This document shows positions 37,900 to 47,541 of a DNA stretch of 64,000 nt, in pieces (position 1 is the stretch's first letter; each line of letters opens with the position of its first letter). The DNA is from an uncultured Pseudomonadota bacterium. Its GTDB lineage: Bacteria > Oederibacteriota > Muellerivitia > Muellerivitales > Muellerivitaceae. Position numbers and translations under genes: made by a program. Location of the stretch: assembly GCA_963836235.1 (NCBI GenBank), contig CAWIIP010000002.1:1344001-1408000 (forward strand), read 5' to 3'. The notes beneath the pieces are model-generated. The model did not search any database. It saw nothing but the letters and a program-made list of their open reading frames with translations, and was not told where the DNA came from.

Positions 37900-38885
37900 G
37901 CCGGTTTCATAATCCGCAAGACCGGCCCCTTGTTGACCTTCAGGAGCGGAAAATAAACGAAATGGGTAGAGGGATCCACCTCGACCGTGTGGGCGTTTCG
38001 GCCCACGGGAAAGTCGCCGATCTTTTCGACCTTTCGGTTACGCACTTGGAATAGGGAAACCACGCCTGATTCGGACGCAACGTAAAGGTATCCCAGTTGG
38101 GGGTCAAAGGTTAGCACATCCGGGTCTTTGCCCACGTCCGACACCCCGACTTCCTGGAAATTATTCAAATCCATGGCTATTAGTTTCGCGTCCCCGGCGC
38201 ATCCTATAAAAGCCAGGTGGGAATTGGAATCCACATAAAGTCCATGGGGATGCTTGCCGGCGCGAAGGGGATAGCGGTTCACGACCTTACGAAAACGGGG
38301 GTCCACCGCGATGAGTTCGTTCTTGGTCTGCCCGTTCACTAAAACCAGGTGGCTGTTGGAGTCGTAACAAACATTACCCACTTCCCCGCCCATGGGCAGG
38401 GAAGCGACCCGGTTATTCTTCACCACATTGATGACCGTGACTTCGCCTCCCATTTCATCCGAAACATAAAGCTCATGGGTGTCAGGCACATAGGCCATGC
38501 CGTCGGGGAAATGGCCGGCGGGAATCCGGGCCAGTTCGCGCAGGCGCTGGGTATCGATCACCGCCACTTGGTGAAGGCGGGTGACGCTGGCGTAAAGATG
38601 GTGCAGTTCGGAAACATAAAGGAGCCCCGTCACACCCGGATAGCCCGCCAATGTGGCTTCCACCTTTCCGCTTTTCGTGTTGTAGACGATGATTTGTCCC
38701 GCCCCCATATGGGCGATGAAGAGCGTACCGGTATCAGGGTCAAAGGCCTGGTAGTCGAACCGGGAAGTGCCGCCGGTCAGGGGGACGTCCTCTTGGAGCT
38801 CGAGGAAAGACGGGGGATCAGCCAAGAGGGGGCAAAAACAAAAAAGACCCGCCAGAAAAAAGCTCAGACTTTTAAAGTGGGACAT
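37893..38885 (-). CDS. YncE/YVTN beta-propeller protein
   Basis: Signal peptide from ATG 38885; RFDY; repeated LYV/VID blades. Confidence 0.8.
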   Translation of the reverse strand: MSHFKSLSFFLAGLFCFCPLLADPPSFLELQEDVPLTGGTSRFDYQAFDPDTGTLFIAHMGAGQIIVYNTKSGKVEATLAGYPGVTGLLYVSELHHLYASVTRLHQVAVIDTQRLRELARIPAGHFPDGMAYVPDTHELYVSDEMGGEVTVINVVKNNRVASLPMGGEVGNVCYDSNSHLVLVNGQTKNELIAVDPRFRKVVNRYPLRAGKHPHGLYVDSNSHLAFIGCAGDAKLIAMDLNNFQEVGVSDVGKDPDVLTFDPQLGYLYVASESGVVSLFQVRNRKVEKIGDFPVGRNAHTVEVDPSTHFVYFPLLKVNKGPVLRIMKPAQ

Positions 38886-38926
38886 AGTGACGGTTATTTT
38901 ACCAAGCGGAGCTGACAAGGGACCTA

Positions 38927-39409
38927 CTAATCTTGGCTGTCGATAAGGCGGGTGATAATTTTCCACTCCGCCTCGGTGACGGGCTGCACCGACAGACGGG
39001 AATACTTGAATAAAGCCATGTTCTTGAGACCCGGGACCTTTTTAAGGAAATCCAGGGAGAGGATCTGTTTACAGGCTTTCACGTATTTCACGTCCACCAT
39101 GTACCAGGAGGGCTTTTTCGGGTCGCTCTTGGGGTCGTAATGGATGTCCTTGGAATCGAAGGCCGTGTGGTCCGGATAGCCTTCTTTCACGATTTCCCCC
39201 ACCCCCGCGATGCCGCTAGGCTTGCCCCCGGAATAGTAGAAGAACATGCCGTCGCCCTTCTTCATCTTGTCCCGCATAAAATTGCGGGCGGTGTAGTTGC
39301 GCACCCCGTCCCAGAAGGTGACCTTGTCCTTCTTCCATTGCTCCACCGGATAGACATCCGGCTCGGCCTTCATCAGCCAATGCCTGTATTCTTTATCCCA
39401 TACACCCAT
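38927..39409 (-). CDS. EVE domain protein
   Basis: WLMKAEP, WDGVRNYTARNFM, RLSVQPV. Confidence 0.93.
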   Translation of the reverse strand: MGVWDKEYRHWLMKAEPDVYPVEQWKKDKVTFWDGVRNYTARNFMRDKMKKGDGMFFYYSGGKPSGIAGVGEIVKEGYPDHTAFDSKDIHYDPKSDPKKPSWYMVDVKYVKACKQILSLDFLKKVPGLKNMALFKYSRLSVQPVTEAEWKIITRLIDSQD

Positions 39410-39440
39410 TTTTCACCGCCTCAAAACGCTGTTTCGCCGG

Positions 39441-39755
39441 TCAGCTTTCGATCTTTTCCGTCTGCCGCCACCGCTCGAAGCCGCCGATGACGCTGTAGAC
39501 TTCCCGGAAACCCTGATCCAGCAGGTAGGCCGCCGCGCCCTGGCTGGTGTGCCCGTGGTAGCAATAAACCACAATAGGTTTGGCCTTGTCGGTCTTGGTG
39601 ACGAACTCTTCAATATTGGCGTCGTTTAAAGGAAGAGCTCCCGGCACATGGGCGGCCTCGTAGGAAGCGGGGTCCCGCACATCTACGAAAAAGGCCTTAC
39701 CTTCTTCCAGCATTTTGCTGGCTTCTTCCACCGCTATTTCCTTGAATTCATCCAT
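39441..39755 (-). CDS. glpE: Thiosulfate sulfurtransferase (rhodanese)
   Basis: VDVRDP, CYHGHTS, GGFERW. Confidence 0.88.
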   Translation of the reverse strand: MDEFKEIAVEEASKMLEEGKAFFVDVRDPASYEAAHVPGALPLNDANIEEFVTKTDKAKPIVVYCYHGHTSQGAAAYLLDQGFREVYSVIGGFERWRQTEKIES

Positions 39756-40530
39756 TTTTCGAGGGCCTCCAAAGCTTTCCTAGCTTAACGTATTTCACGG
39801 CTTCATGATAAGAGGAAAGTCCGCAGACTTGCAGTCCCCGCCAACCGTCCAGGATTCCCAAGCGCAGAAGGTACATCTTGATGAAGGTCCAGCCGGGCAT
39901 GAAGGCCAGATAGGCCCACCAGAGTTTCTTTTTCTTTTCGGAAGCGTTGAGGAGGAAAAGATCCGAGTAGCGCTCCATTTTTTCCAGGTACTGGGCGATG
40001 GAATCATAGGTGTAATGGTTCATCGGTTCATCCAGTTCGAGCGTGAGACCCTTCACTTCCAAGCCTTCATGCACCGGCCGGTTCGTGAACTTCCCTCTTC
40101 CCCGGCGAATCAACCGCAACTGGGCGTCCGGCCACCAGCCGCAATGCCTGATCCATTGGCCAAGGAAATAAGCCCGCCGCTTGATGAAATAGCCGTCCAT
40201 CTCTTTCGGGGTTTTACCGATTTTTTCCTCGATCTCCCGACAAAGTTCGGAGGTTAATTCCTCGTCCGCGTCGAGGGACAAAATCCAATCGCCCTTCACT
40301 TTGCCGAAAGCCCAATTTTTCTGATCCGAATATCCTTTCCAGAATCGAATAAGAACTTTCGCACCCAACTTACGGGCCAAGCTTACGGTTTTATCCTTGC
40401 TCCGGGCATCCACGACGAGGACTTCGAACTTTCCGAAAGCCTTGGAGGAGAATCGAAGACTTTTCAGGCATCGCTCAATATTGCGTTCCTCGTTCAATGT
40501 GATGATGACGACCGAGAGTTTAATCGGCAT
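39748..40530 (-). CDS. Glycosyltransferase family 2 (LPS-type)
   Basis: IITLNEERNI, WILSLDADE, VHE. Confidence 0.9.
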   Translation of the reverse strand: MPIKLSVVIITLNEERNIERCLKSLRFSSKAFGKFEVLVVDARSKDKTVSLARKLGAKVLIRFWKGYSDQKNWAFGKVKGDWILSLDADEELTSELCREIEEKIGKTPKEMDGYFIKRRAYFLGQWIRHCGWWPDAQLRLIRRGRGKFTNRPVHEGLEVKGLTLELDEPMNHYTYDSIAQYLEKMERYSDLFLLNASEKKKKLWWAYLAFMPGWTFIKMYLLRLGILDGWRGLQVCGLSSYHEAVKYVKLGKLWRPSKNG

Positions 40531-41833
40531 CGAATTTTCCCGTCAGTTTTCGGTATCGGTGGTAAACCCCGCTGGTTTTCTTCCAAAGATCAAGAATAGA
40601 AGTATTGGGAAACATATGGACCCTTCGGATTTCCATCAGATCCTCGCCAAAGCGGGTGAAACGCCCCTTGACGGCGATCCCGAAGCTATATCCTGCCTCC
40701 TTCGTCATCTTCTTGATCTCCTCGTTGAAGAGGCCGTAAGGATAGGCGAAGGAAATGACGGGTTTACCCAAAAGCTTCTCAATAGATTTTTTGGAGCCCT
40801 CTATTTCTTTGCGGGCCTCTTCCGGCTTCAAAAGAGTAAGGCGGGCATGGTTCAGCGAATGGGCCCCGAATTCCACTAGGCCGCTTTGGGACATCTCTTG
40901 AATCTGCTTTTCCTTAAGAAGTGCCGCTTCCGGCTCGCCTTGGGGAATATCCCAAAAATTGTTCCGGTGCTTCCGATTACCCAGGATGTAAACCACCGCT
41001 TTCATTTGGTATTGGCGAAGCAGTGGGAGCAGCTGGCTATAACTGTCCTCGTAACCATCGTCAAAGGTGAGCAGGACGGGCTTTGGCGGCACCCGGCGCG
41101 TCATGAGTCCCTCGAAAGTAATGGGCTCAAAGCCCCGAACCTTGAGGAACTGGAAATGTTTCTCCAAATTCTTTCGGGTAATGTAGATATTGTATTTGGA
41201 GGAGGCGGGAGCCTTTTCCGCCACCCGGTGGTACATCAAAACGGGGATTTCATGCGAAGCGCCCAGGTTCTTTTCCAGTATCACCCGCCGGTAAAATTCA
41301 TCCGTCGCGGGATAGATTCTTTTCATGTCGTACTCGGAACGAACCAACTGAAGGCCGGTCTTGGCCGTCCGGTCCCTTTTTGTCCGGCTCTTCAAAAGTT
41401 GGAGGATATCCTTCGCCGTTTGGTCCCAGTCGAAAACTTCTTTCTCCCAACAATCCCCAAAATTGGTTTTTTTGGCCTTCTCGATATTCTCGGGAAGGAG
41501 GGGTCCCACATATACGCGTTCCCCGATGGCTACCACGGGACGCTGGAGAGCCATGGCCTCCAATGCCACCCGGCCAGCGCCGATGACCAAATCCCCCTTC
41601 TCGTAGAAAGATTTCAGGTCTTTTTGGTGGCCCTCAAAATGGACCGTCGGGAGGCGTTTTTCCAACTGCCGGTGTTCATCCGTAACCGGCCCCCCCACGA
41701 CCTGGAACCGGACATGGGGGATGGTTTGGGCGACGGCCGGGGCCACCGCCCGCAAAAAGGTCAGCAAGACCTCGTTCTTCGGCCCCGAAAGCCGGCCCAC
41801 GATGAGGACGGTAGGATTAGATCTCGACGCCAT
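40520..41833 (-). CDS. GT4 C-terminal domain fused to a polysaccharide deacetylase
   Basis: VGRLSGPK, GAGRVALEAM; LMYH, TFDDGY, HSLNH, FAYPYG; probable ATG 41833. Confidence 0.82.
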   Translation of the reverse strand: MASRSNPTVLIVGRLSGPKNEVLLTFLRAVAPAVAQTIPHVRFQVVGGPVTDEHRQLEKRLPTVHFEGHQKDLKSFYEKGDLVIGAGRVALEAMALQRPVVAIGERVYVGPLLPENIEKAKKTNFGDCWEKEVFDWDQTAKDILQLLKSRTKRDRTAKTGLQLVRSEYDMKRIYPATDEFYRRVILEKNLGASHEIPVLMYHRVAEKAPASSKYNIYITRKNLEKHFQFLKVRGFEPITFEGLMTRRVPPKPVLLTFDDGYEDSYSQLLPLLRQYQMKAVVYILGNRKHRNNFWDIPQGEPEAALLKEKQIQEMSQSGLVEFGAHSLNHARLTLLKPEEARKEIEGSKKSIEKLLGKPVISFAYPYGLFNEEIKKMTKEAGYSFGIAVKGRFTRFGEDLMEIRRVHMFPNTSILDLWKKTSGVYHRYRKLTGKFDAD

Positions 41834-42293
41834 TACGGATGACCACCAGTTGATCCGGTTGGAAAACCGAAGTTTCATTCAGCATTTGTTCGCGGATATT
41901 CTCGCAAACCGTGATGACGCGGGGGCCGTACACGTTATGGTGGCGGTTGGACAGGTGAAGGTGTTGGCGCCCATGCAGGGTGGACAAATAAGCGGTTTGG
42001 GTGAAACGGCAGGCCCAATGGCAAACCCAGCTGGCAGCCCGGGAATGGGCGTGGACGATGTCTATTTTCTCCCGGCGGATGATTTGAATAAGCTTCTTTA
42101 TATTGAGGAACCGTTGGAAAAATCCCCGGTCGTAAATGGGAACCTGGAGCACACGGGCCTGGGTAGGCTGGCTGAAGCTTCCGGCGGCAATGAAGACGCT
42201 ATGTCCCGCCTCGGTTTGCCTCTGGATCAAGGCGGCAGTGGAAGTTTCCGACCCGGCCACGAAGTCCCCACTTAAGACATGCAAGATATTCAC
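41817..42293 (-). CDS. GT4 N-terminal domain (stand-alone)
   Basis: MNILHVLS...AGSE, DIVHAHSRAASW, STLHG, IRNGV. Confidence 0.8.
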   Translation of the reverse strand: MNILHVLSGDFVAGSETSTAALIQRQTEAGHSVFIAAGSFSQPTQARVLQVPIYDRGFFQRFLNIKKLIQIIRREKIDIVHAHSRAASWVCHWACRFTQTAYLSTLHGRQHLHLSNRHHNVYGPRVITVCENIREQMLNETSVFQPDQLVVIRNGVEI

Positions 42294-42489
42294 TACGAAT
42301 TTTCCTTACCTAAATTTAACTTCATCGTTCCCTGACCGTCCTGCGCTTTCAACAAAATTGTCTTCTACGTGCTATTCATGCCTACAAAAAACCCCCAAAA
42401 GAGGCCCTCATCCCTTTGATCTGCGCTCTGGGGATGGCACTTCTCTTGCTCTTCTATTCCCCTTAAGTGTTGTTGGAAAGGAAAGGTCC

Positions 42490-43152
42490 ATGGAAGTCAC
42501 CCGCATTCTCGTACAAATCAAAGCTGAAGAATACTTTAAAAAAAAGGACCCCTTAGGATGGTTTGAGGCCGTTTACGCTGAGGCAAACGGGGATGAATTG
42601 GCCATTCCTTGGGCCCATCTGGCGGCCAATCCTCATCTGGTCGAATGGCTGGAAAGAAATCCGCAGTCACCGGGGAAAAAAGCTCTCGTCGTGGGCTGTG
42701 GCTTGGGGGATGACGCCGAGGAACTTTCTCGCCGAGGCCTTTCCGTGACCGCCTTCGATATTTCTCCCACCGCCATCGCCTGGTGTAAAAGGCGCTTTCC
42801 TCTTTCCAAGGTCCGGTACGAGATTTTGGATCTTTACCAAGCACCCCCCGGCTGGACCCGTTACTTTGATTTCGTTTTCGAGGCCTATACCCTCCAGTCG
42901 CTCCAGTCCCCCTTGAGGGAGGAGGCCATTGGCTGTCTGGCCCGTTTTATCAACCCTCAAGGAAAACTTTTGGTGATTTGCCGGGGCAAGGAGCCTAACG
43001 AGTTACCCGAAGGGCCGCCCTGGCCCCTGACCAAAAATGACTTGGCTTATTTTCTTCAGGCGGATTTAAAGTGCGTTTCGTTTGAGGATTTCATGGATGA
43101 GGAAGACCCGCCTGTCCGGCGTTTCCGGGCTTTATACCGTTTATCATCTTAG
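42490..43152 (+). CDS. SAM methyltransferase (TPMT-like)
   Basis: WFEAVY..A, VVGCGLGDDAE, AFDISPTAI, GPPWPL; start taken at ATG 42490. Confidence 0.85.
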   Translation: MEVTRILVQIKAEEYFKKKDPLGWFEAVYAEANGDELAIPWAHLAANPHLVEWLERNPQSPGKKALVVGCGLGDDAEELSRRGLSVTAFDISPTAIAWCKRRFPLSKVRYEILDLYQAPPGWTRYFDFVFEAYTLQSLQSPLREEAIGCLARFINPQGKLLVICRGKEPNELPEGPPWPLTKNDLAYFLQADLKCVSFEDFMDEEDPPVRRFRALYRLSS

Positions 43153-43228
43153 AAAACATGAGGCGTTGGCCTGATTTTAGTTGATCCATGATCATAAATT
43201 CTTTAGACAAGTTTGAAATATAGAATCT

Positions 43229-43654
43229 TTGCGTTATGGTAATCTCATGGTCTTTATTGTTTTAGTCATGTCCCTGATGGTTGGTTTTGTTTCCGCTGCC
43301 ATCGCCCTTTACGGCCGCTACCGAACATTGCCGTCTTTTTTAACCGGTCCAAACATCTGCCGCTTGGAGGCGGGCGGCTGCCAGGTGCTTTTCCGCACTC
43401 CCAACGCCGCCCTCCTCGGCGTACCCAACTCGGCCCTCGGCGTTCTTTACTACCCACTGTTGGGCGCGGGCCTTTTTTTCCATTGGCCCCGGGAAATTCT
43501 TTTCGGGGCCGCGACCTTCGCGTTTTTAATGACCTTGTGGCTGGCTTGGGTTCTCATCCGGGACAAACTGGAATGCCGGGTCTGCTGGACGGGCCATCTC
43601 TGCAACAGCCTCATTTGGCTGATGCTTCTAGGCCGCCTAATGGATGGCGTTTAA
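43229..43654 (+). CDS. Vitamin K epoxide reductase (VKOR) family protein
   Basis: CRLEAGGC loop, GVPNS..G, CRVC redox motif. Confidence 0.85.
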   Translation: MRYGNLMVFIVLVMSLMVGFVSAAIALYGRYRTLPSFLTGPNICRLEAGGCQVLFRTPNAALLGVPNSALGVLYYPLLGAGLFFHWPREILFGAATFAFLMTLWLAWVLIRDKLECRVCWTGHLCNSLIWLMLLGRLMDGV

Positions 43655-43703
43655 AACCCTGAACCCTTGAATAAAAACCGAGAATCCAGGGAAAGAAACC
43701 GGG

Positions 43704-44132
43704 TTATAACACCAGCTTGAGTAATTCTTTTCCCAACTTTCTTTTGGGGGGATCCGGGGGTGGCAAAACCGGTTGCTTCATGCTTTCCCGGATGGCGGTC
43801 AAGCTGTCGGGGTAATGGTCCATGATGTTCTGAAATTCCAGGAGCTCAAAGGCGTAGTAAATCTCCGTATTCATTCCGGTCAGGAGAAATTGCCCTCCCA
43901 GGTCATGAATGCGTTTATAGGCGATCAGAAACAGGCTCCAACCACTGCTGCTCACGTAGCTCGTCTCGGTCAAGTCGAAGAGGACTCTTTTTCCCCGGCA
44001 GGAGGCGAAAATAGAATCCAGGTTTTTTTCGACTTGGTTCAAGGTGCTGATATTGATGTCCCCCTTGATCCGAAGGGTGATGAAATCCGGATACTGGTTG
44101 TTGTAGACGATATCGGCTGAAAACTTTCGCAT
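43704..44132 (-). CDS. STAS-domain anti-sigma antagonist
   Basis: IKGDIN, FDLTETSYVSSSG; start ATG 44132. Confidence 0.85.
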   Translation of the reverse strand: MRKFSADIVYNNQYPDFITLRIKGDINISTLNQVEKNLDSIFASCRGKRVLFDLTETSYVSSSGWSLFLIAYKRIHDLGGQFLLTGMNTEIYYAFELLEFQNIMDHYPDSLTAIRESMKQPVLPPPDPPKRKLGKELLKLVL

Positions 44133-44369
44133 AAGTCCCCCTTGGCTTGGGCTCCGTGGAAACTTTAAAATTTCCACTCGGACCCTTTGATGAGGGCACA
44201 TTGTGGTCGGGAAGGGGAATTTGGTCTTATACCTTTGGTATATTTTCGAGGAAATATTTTCGCGCCCGAAAAACGTTATCCATTCGAGCTTGAAACAGGC
44301 AAAGAGGAGATGTTTCAAATCAAATAGGGATGGCTCGGTTCAAAAGGGATCGAGCGCGAAAGACTTGGT

Positions 44370-45344
44370 TTAGCTTGCGGCCCCGGAGGTTGAAGCGGGC
44401 CATAGTTCTTCGGGATGGTCCCTTAGGTTCTTCAGCAGGTAACGGCGGCGCTGCTTCATTTTTCCACTTTCCTGGTTTTCCGTTGAGGCTTCCACGAGAA
44501 TCTCTGCGTCCACCCTCTCGACCTTGTCGTAGATCCCCTGCCAGCGCTTCTTTACCGTGATGAGGGATATTCCAAGGGCTTGCGCGATTTCCTCGTCCGT
44601 CTCGCCTAAAAGGGCTCTTCGGAGGATTTCCTGTTCCGGGGGCTGGAAGTTAAATCGGGGCGACCCCAAAAGGGCGATGGCCGCGGCGGCGGTTCCGGGT
44701 TTTTTGCGGGCCGCCTCGGCGGTCACTCCCATCAAATAAGGATGGCTCTTTTGCATGGTCGAAGGGAGATACTTGGTGCCGAGGAATTCCTTATAGTCGC
44801 GATAGGTATCGCAACCCAGGTTGGTGATGATGTCCCTTTCCTCGACCTCGTAGACTTCCTCGGCGAATTCCTTGACCCGGTAACCGCTCACCAGGGTCAA
44901 GAAAGCCTGGGTGCAGAACTGGCGGATCTTGATGAAGTTTTCCAGGTTGTACCTTTGGAAATCCCAGCCGTAATGCAACGCCACCACGTTGAGACCGGAA
45001 CCGGTCTGGGCCTTGGGAACTTCTTCTTTTTTGAGAAAGGGCCGGATGCCTCTTTTCCATTTCTCGAGGACACGCAAATGAAGAAATGGCGGGAGGGTGC
45101 TTTTGGCTTCCTCCATGAAACGGTCGGTGGCGAAAAGGCTGATCCCAAAGCCGACATGCCGTTTGTCCGCCGGCTGGTCCCGGTCTTCGATGACCTGTGA
45201 GATGCAGCATCCTTCCTCAATCAGGGTTTTCCAGAGGGAAAGGACGTCCTTCTTGAGGGCTTCTTCATAATGAAAGCGGTCACGAATAAAGGGATAACAG
45301 GCTTCCAAGTCGCTGAGTTCGGTTAAGCGGTAATTCAGGTACAT
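44370..45344 (-). CDS. Unknown N-terminal domain plus LuxR-type HTH
   Basis: EQEILRRALLGETDEEIAQALGISLITVKKRW. Confidence 0.7.
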   Translation of the reverse strand: MYLNYRLTELSDLEACYPFIRDRFHYEEALKKDVLSLWKTLIEEGCCISQVIEDRDQPADKRHVGFGISLFATDRFMEEAKSTLPPFLHLRVLEKWKRGIRPFLKKEEVPKAQTGSGLNVVALHYGWDFQRYNLENFIKIRQFCTQAFLTLVSGYRVKEFAEEVYEVEERDIITNLGCDTYRDYKEFLGTKYLPSTMQKSHPYLMGVTAEAARKKPGTAAAAIALLGSPRFNFQPPEQEILRRALLGETDEEIAQALGISLITVKKRWQGIYDKVERVDAEILVEASTENQESGKMKQRRRYLLKNLRDHPEELWPASTSGAAS

Positions 45345-45490
45345 TTTATCCTCGTTCCATGCCGTCAAGCTCGGAATAGGGATGATTTTATCCAGAGGGC
45401 TACCCGAATTTCAAGCGAGGTTCTTGTCCTAACCAAGACAAAAGACGGGCTAAAAAATTTTTGGGATTGGCTCGCAAAACTTCAGGCAAA

Positions 45491-45527
45491 ATAAAAAGCC
45501 CCGGCCAAAAGGCCGGGGCTTTTTTAT
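45491..45527. terminator. Rho-independent terminator after the degP-like gene
   Basis: AAAAAGCCCCGGCC-AAAA-GGCCGGGGCTTTTT. Confidence 0.9.
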
Positions 45528-45565
45528 CCTAGTTCAAAATGAAAAACCCATCATTAAAATCGTTC

Positions 45566-47116
45566 TTACTCGTCTCCCGTTTGCAGGATAGTGAAGGAGG
45601 TTCCACCGTCGCGCCAAAGATAAATGCGCACACCAGCCTTGAGGTCGCTCTTTTTCAAGACAACCGCCAGTTGGTTGGCCGAATAAATGGCGGTGTCGCC
45701 CACCTTCAAAATAATATCGCCCGGTTGTAACCCAGCCTGGGCCGCGGGGCTTTGTTGGATGACATTGGTCACGACCGGCCCTTTAGGGGCCCCCTTCGGG
45801 AGCTGGCTTTGAATGTCGGGCGTTTGGTCTTGGTAGGCCAATCCCAGGCTGTCGCTTTGTCCCAGGGTACCGCCGCCATTTTCATCGTTACCCTCGGAAG
45901 GAGAATTCGGCTTCATGGCGGCCTCATCCAATTTTTGAAGGGTAACCGGCAGGGTGCTTTGGGTTCCGTTTCTGAGAATGGTCACGTTCACCGTATCGCC
46001 CGGTTGACGGGTGTAAAGCTTGGCGACCAAATCTCCCTCGTCCGTGACTTTTTCGGCGTCGATTTCCAGCACGATATCCCCCGCCTTCAGTCCGGCCTTT
46101 TCCGCCGCGCTTCCCGGATTGACGCCGGCCAGTAACGCTCCTTCGGTCGTGGCGAGCCCGAAGCTTTCGGCCATCTTGGGGGTGAGGCCCTGCACAATGG
46201 CGCCCAAGCCCGCGCGCACGACTTTCCCTTCGTTCACCAGGTCCTCAGCGGCCTTGCGCGCGATGTTGGCGGGAATGGCGAACCCGATCCCAACCGACCC
46301 CCCCGACTGGGTATAGATGGCCACATTGATGCCGATCACCCGGCCCTCGATATCGCAAAGCGGTCCACCCGAATTGCCGGGGTTGATGGAAGCGTCGGTT
46401 TGGATATAACTTTCATATCCTCCAGCCTGGTTGATCTCCGTGTCTCCAATATGGCTGCGGCCCTTAGCGGAAACGACCCCGGTTGTCACCGTATGATCCA
46501 GGGCAAAAGGATTGCCGATGGCGATAGCCCATTGGCCCACTTTGATGGCATCCGAATCGCCCAAAAACGCGATGGGGAATGTTTTTTTTCCGTCGGTGAT
46601 CTTGATGACCGCGATATCCACTTTTTCATCCTTGCCCACAATCTTTGCCGGATAGGTGGTGCCGTCTTCCATGGTGACGGTGACTTTTTCCGCTTTCGCC
46701 ACCACATGAGCGTTGGTCACGATGTATCCATCGGAGGTTACGATGAACCCCGACCCCAAAGCGCCTTGCTTTCGTTTGAATTGCGGGTGCTGCTGGCCGC
46801 CTCGCGGACCGTTAAACCAGAAATTGAAAAAATCATTCATGTTGCCGAGATCGTTGAGGCCCCGAAGGTCCTCGGTCCATTCCGAACTGATATTGACCAC
46901 TGCCGGACTGACCTTGGCGGCGACATCAATGAAGGCGTTTTGAAGGGCGACGGCCGCGCTATTAGCCGCAGTGGCGGGAGGGGCTTCGGTGGGCAGTTTC
47001 AATGTGGCCGCTTCGGCCAAGGCCGGCGCGAGGCCGGAAAACAAGAGAGCGGCCAAGGCCAAAGACCGGGCGGCTAACAACCATCCTTTACGAATTTTAT
47101 TTTTGATGTGTTTCAT
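45566..47116 (-). CDS. degP: Do/DegP/DegQ periplasmic serine protease with two PDZ domains
   Basis: TNAHVV, DIAVIK, INPGNSGGPL. Confidence 0.9.
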   Translation of the reverse strand: MKHIKNKIRKGWLLAARSLALAALLFSGLAPALAEAATLKLPTEAPPATAANSAAVALQNAFIDVAAKVSPAVVNISSEWTEDLRGLNDLGNMNDFFNFWFNGPRGGQQHPQFKRKQGALGSGFIVTSDGYIVTNAHVVAKAEKVTVTMEDGTTYPAKIVGKDEKVDIAVIKITDGKKTFPIAFLGDSDAIKVGQWAIAIGNPFALDHTVTTGVVSAKGRSHIGDTEINQAGGYESYIQTDASINPGNSGGPLCDIEGRVIGINVAIYTQSGGSVGIGFAIPANIARKAAEDLVNEGKVVRAGLGAIVQGLTPKMAESFGLATTEGALLAGVNPGSAAEKAGLKAGDIVLEIDAEKVTDEGDLVAKLYTRQPGDTVNVTILRNGTQSTLPVTLQKLDEAAMKPNSPSEGNDENGGGTLGQSDSLGLAYQDQTPDIQSQLPKGAPKGPVVTNVIQQSPAAQAGLQPGDIILKVGDTAIYSANQLAVVLKKSDLKAGVRIYLWRDGGTSFTILQTGDE

Positions 47117-47148
47117 TTTCGTTCCCCTAAATTAATATTAATAAAGAC

Positions 47149-47466
47149 TCAAACCTCATGCTGTCCATGATGGTTTGGCAAATGCATTTTCCTGCCCTTC
47201 AACATCTGGTCGATTTCCGGATGCTGGTGCGACAAGGTTATGACGATCTTCACGCCCGATAAGTTCACCCCGCAGGTTTTGACGAGGTAGTTAATGCATT
47301 CGAGCCGTTCGATGTCGTTTTGCGAATAGAGCCTGGTTTTCCGGATAGTGCGGCAGGGGGAGATAAGTCCCAACCGCTCATACTGCCGGATGGTCTGCTC
47401 GTGCAGGCTCAAAAGCTGGGCCACGACACTGATGGTATAAACCGGGTGGGTCGGATGCACTTCCAT
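47149..47466 (-). CDS. hspR: MerR-family heat-shock repressor, HspR-like
   Basis: PVYTISVVAQLLSLHEQTIRQYERLGL...RLYS...GVNLSGV. Confidence 0.8.
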   Translation of the reverse strand: MEVHPTHPVYTISVVAQLLSLHEQTIRQYERLGLISPCRTIRKTRLYSQNDIERLECINYLVKTCGVNLSGVKIVITLSHQHPEIDQMLKGRKMHLPNHHGQHEV

Positions 47467-47541
47467 TTTTTTCCTTACTTGCCGTCGGACGGCCGCCGAC
47501 CGCCGGGTTTAGGCGGTGAACGGCCGGAACGGTTCTCGCTT

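Noticed and set aside
42136-42489. N-terminal extension of the methyltransferase
   Set aside because: Overlaps the divergent GT4 gene; ATG 42490 has a plausible RBS and starts the recognisable domain.
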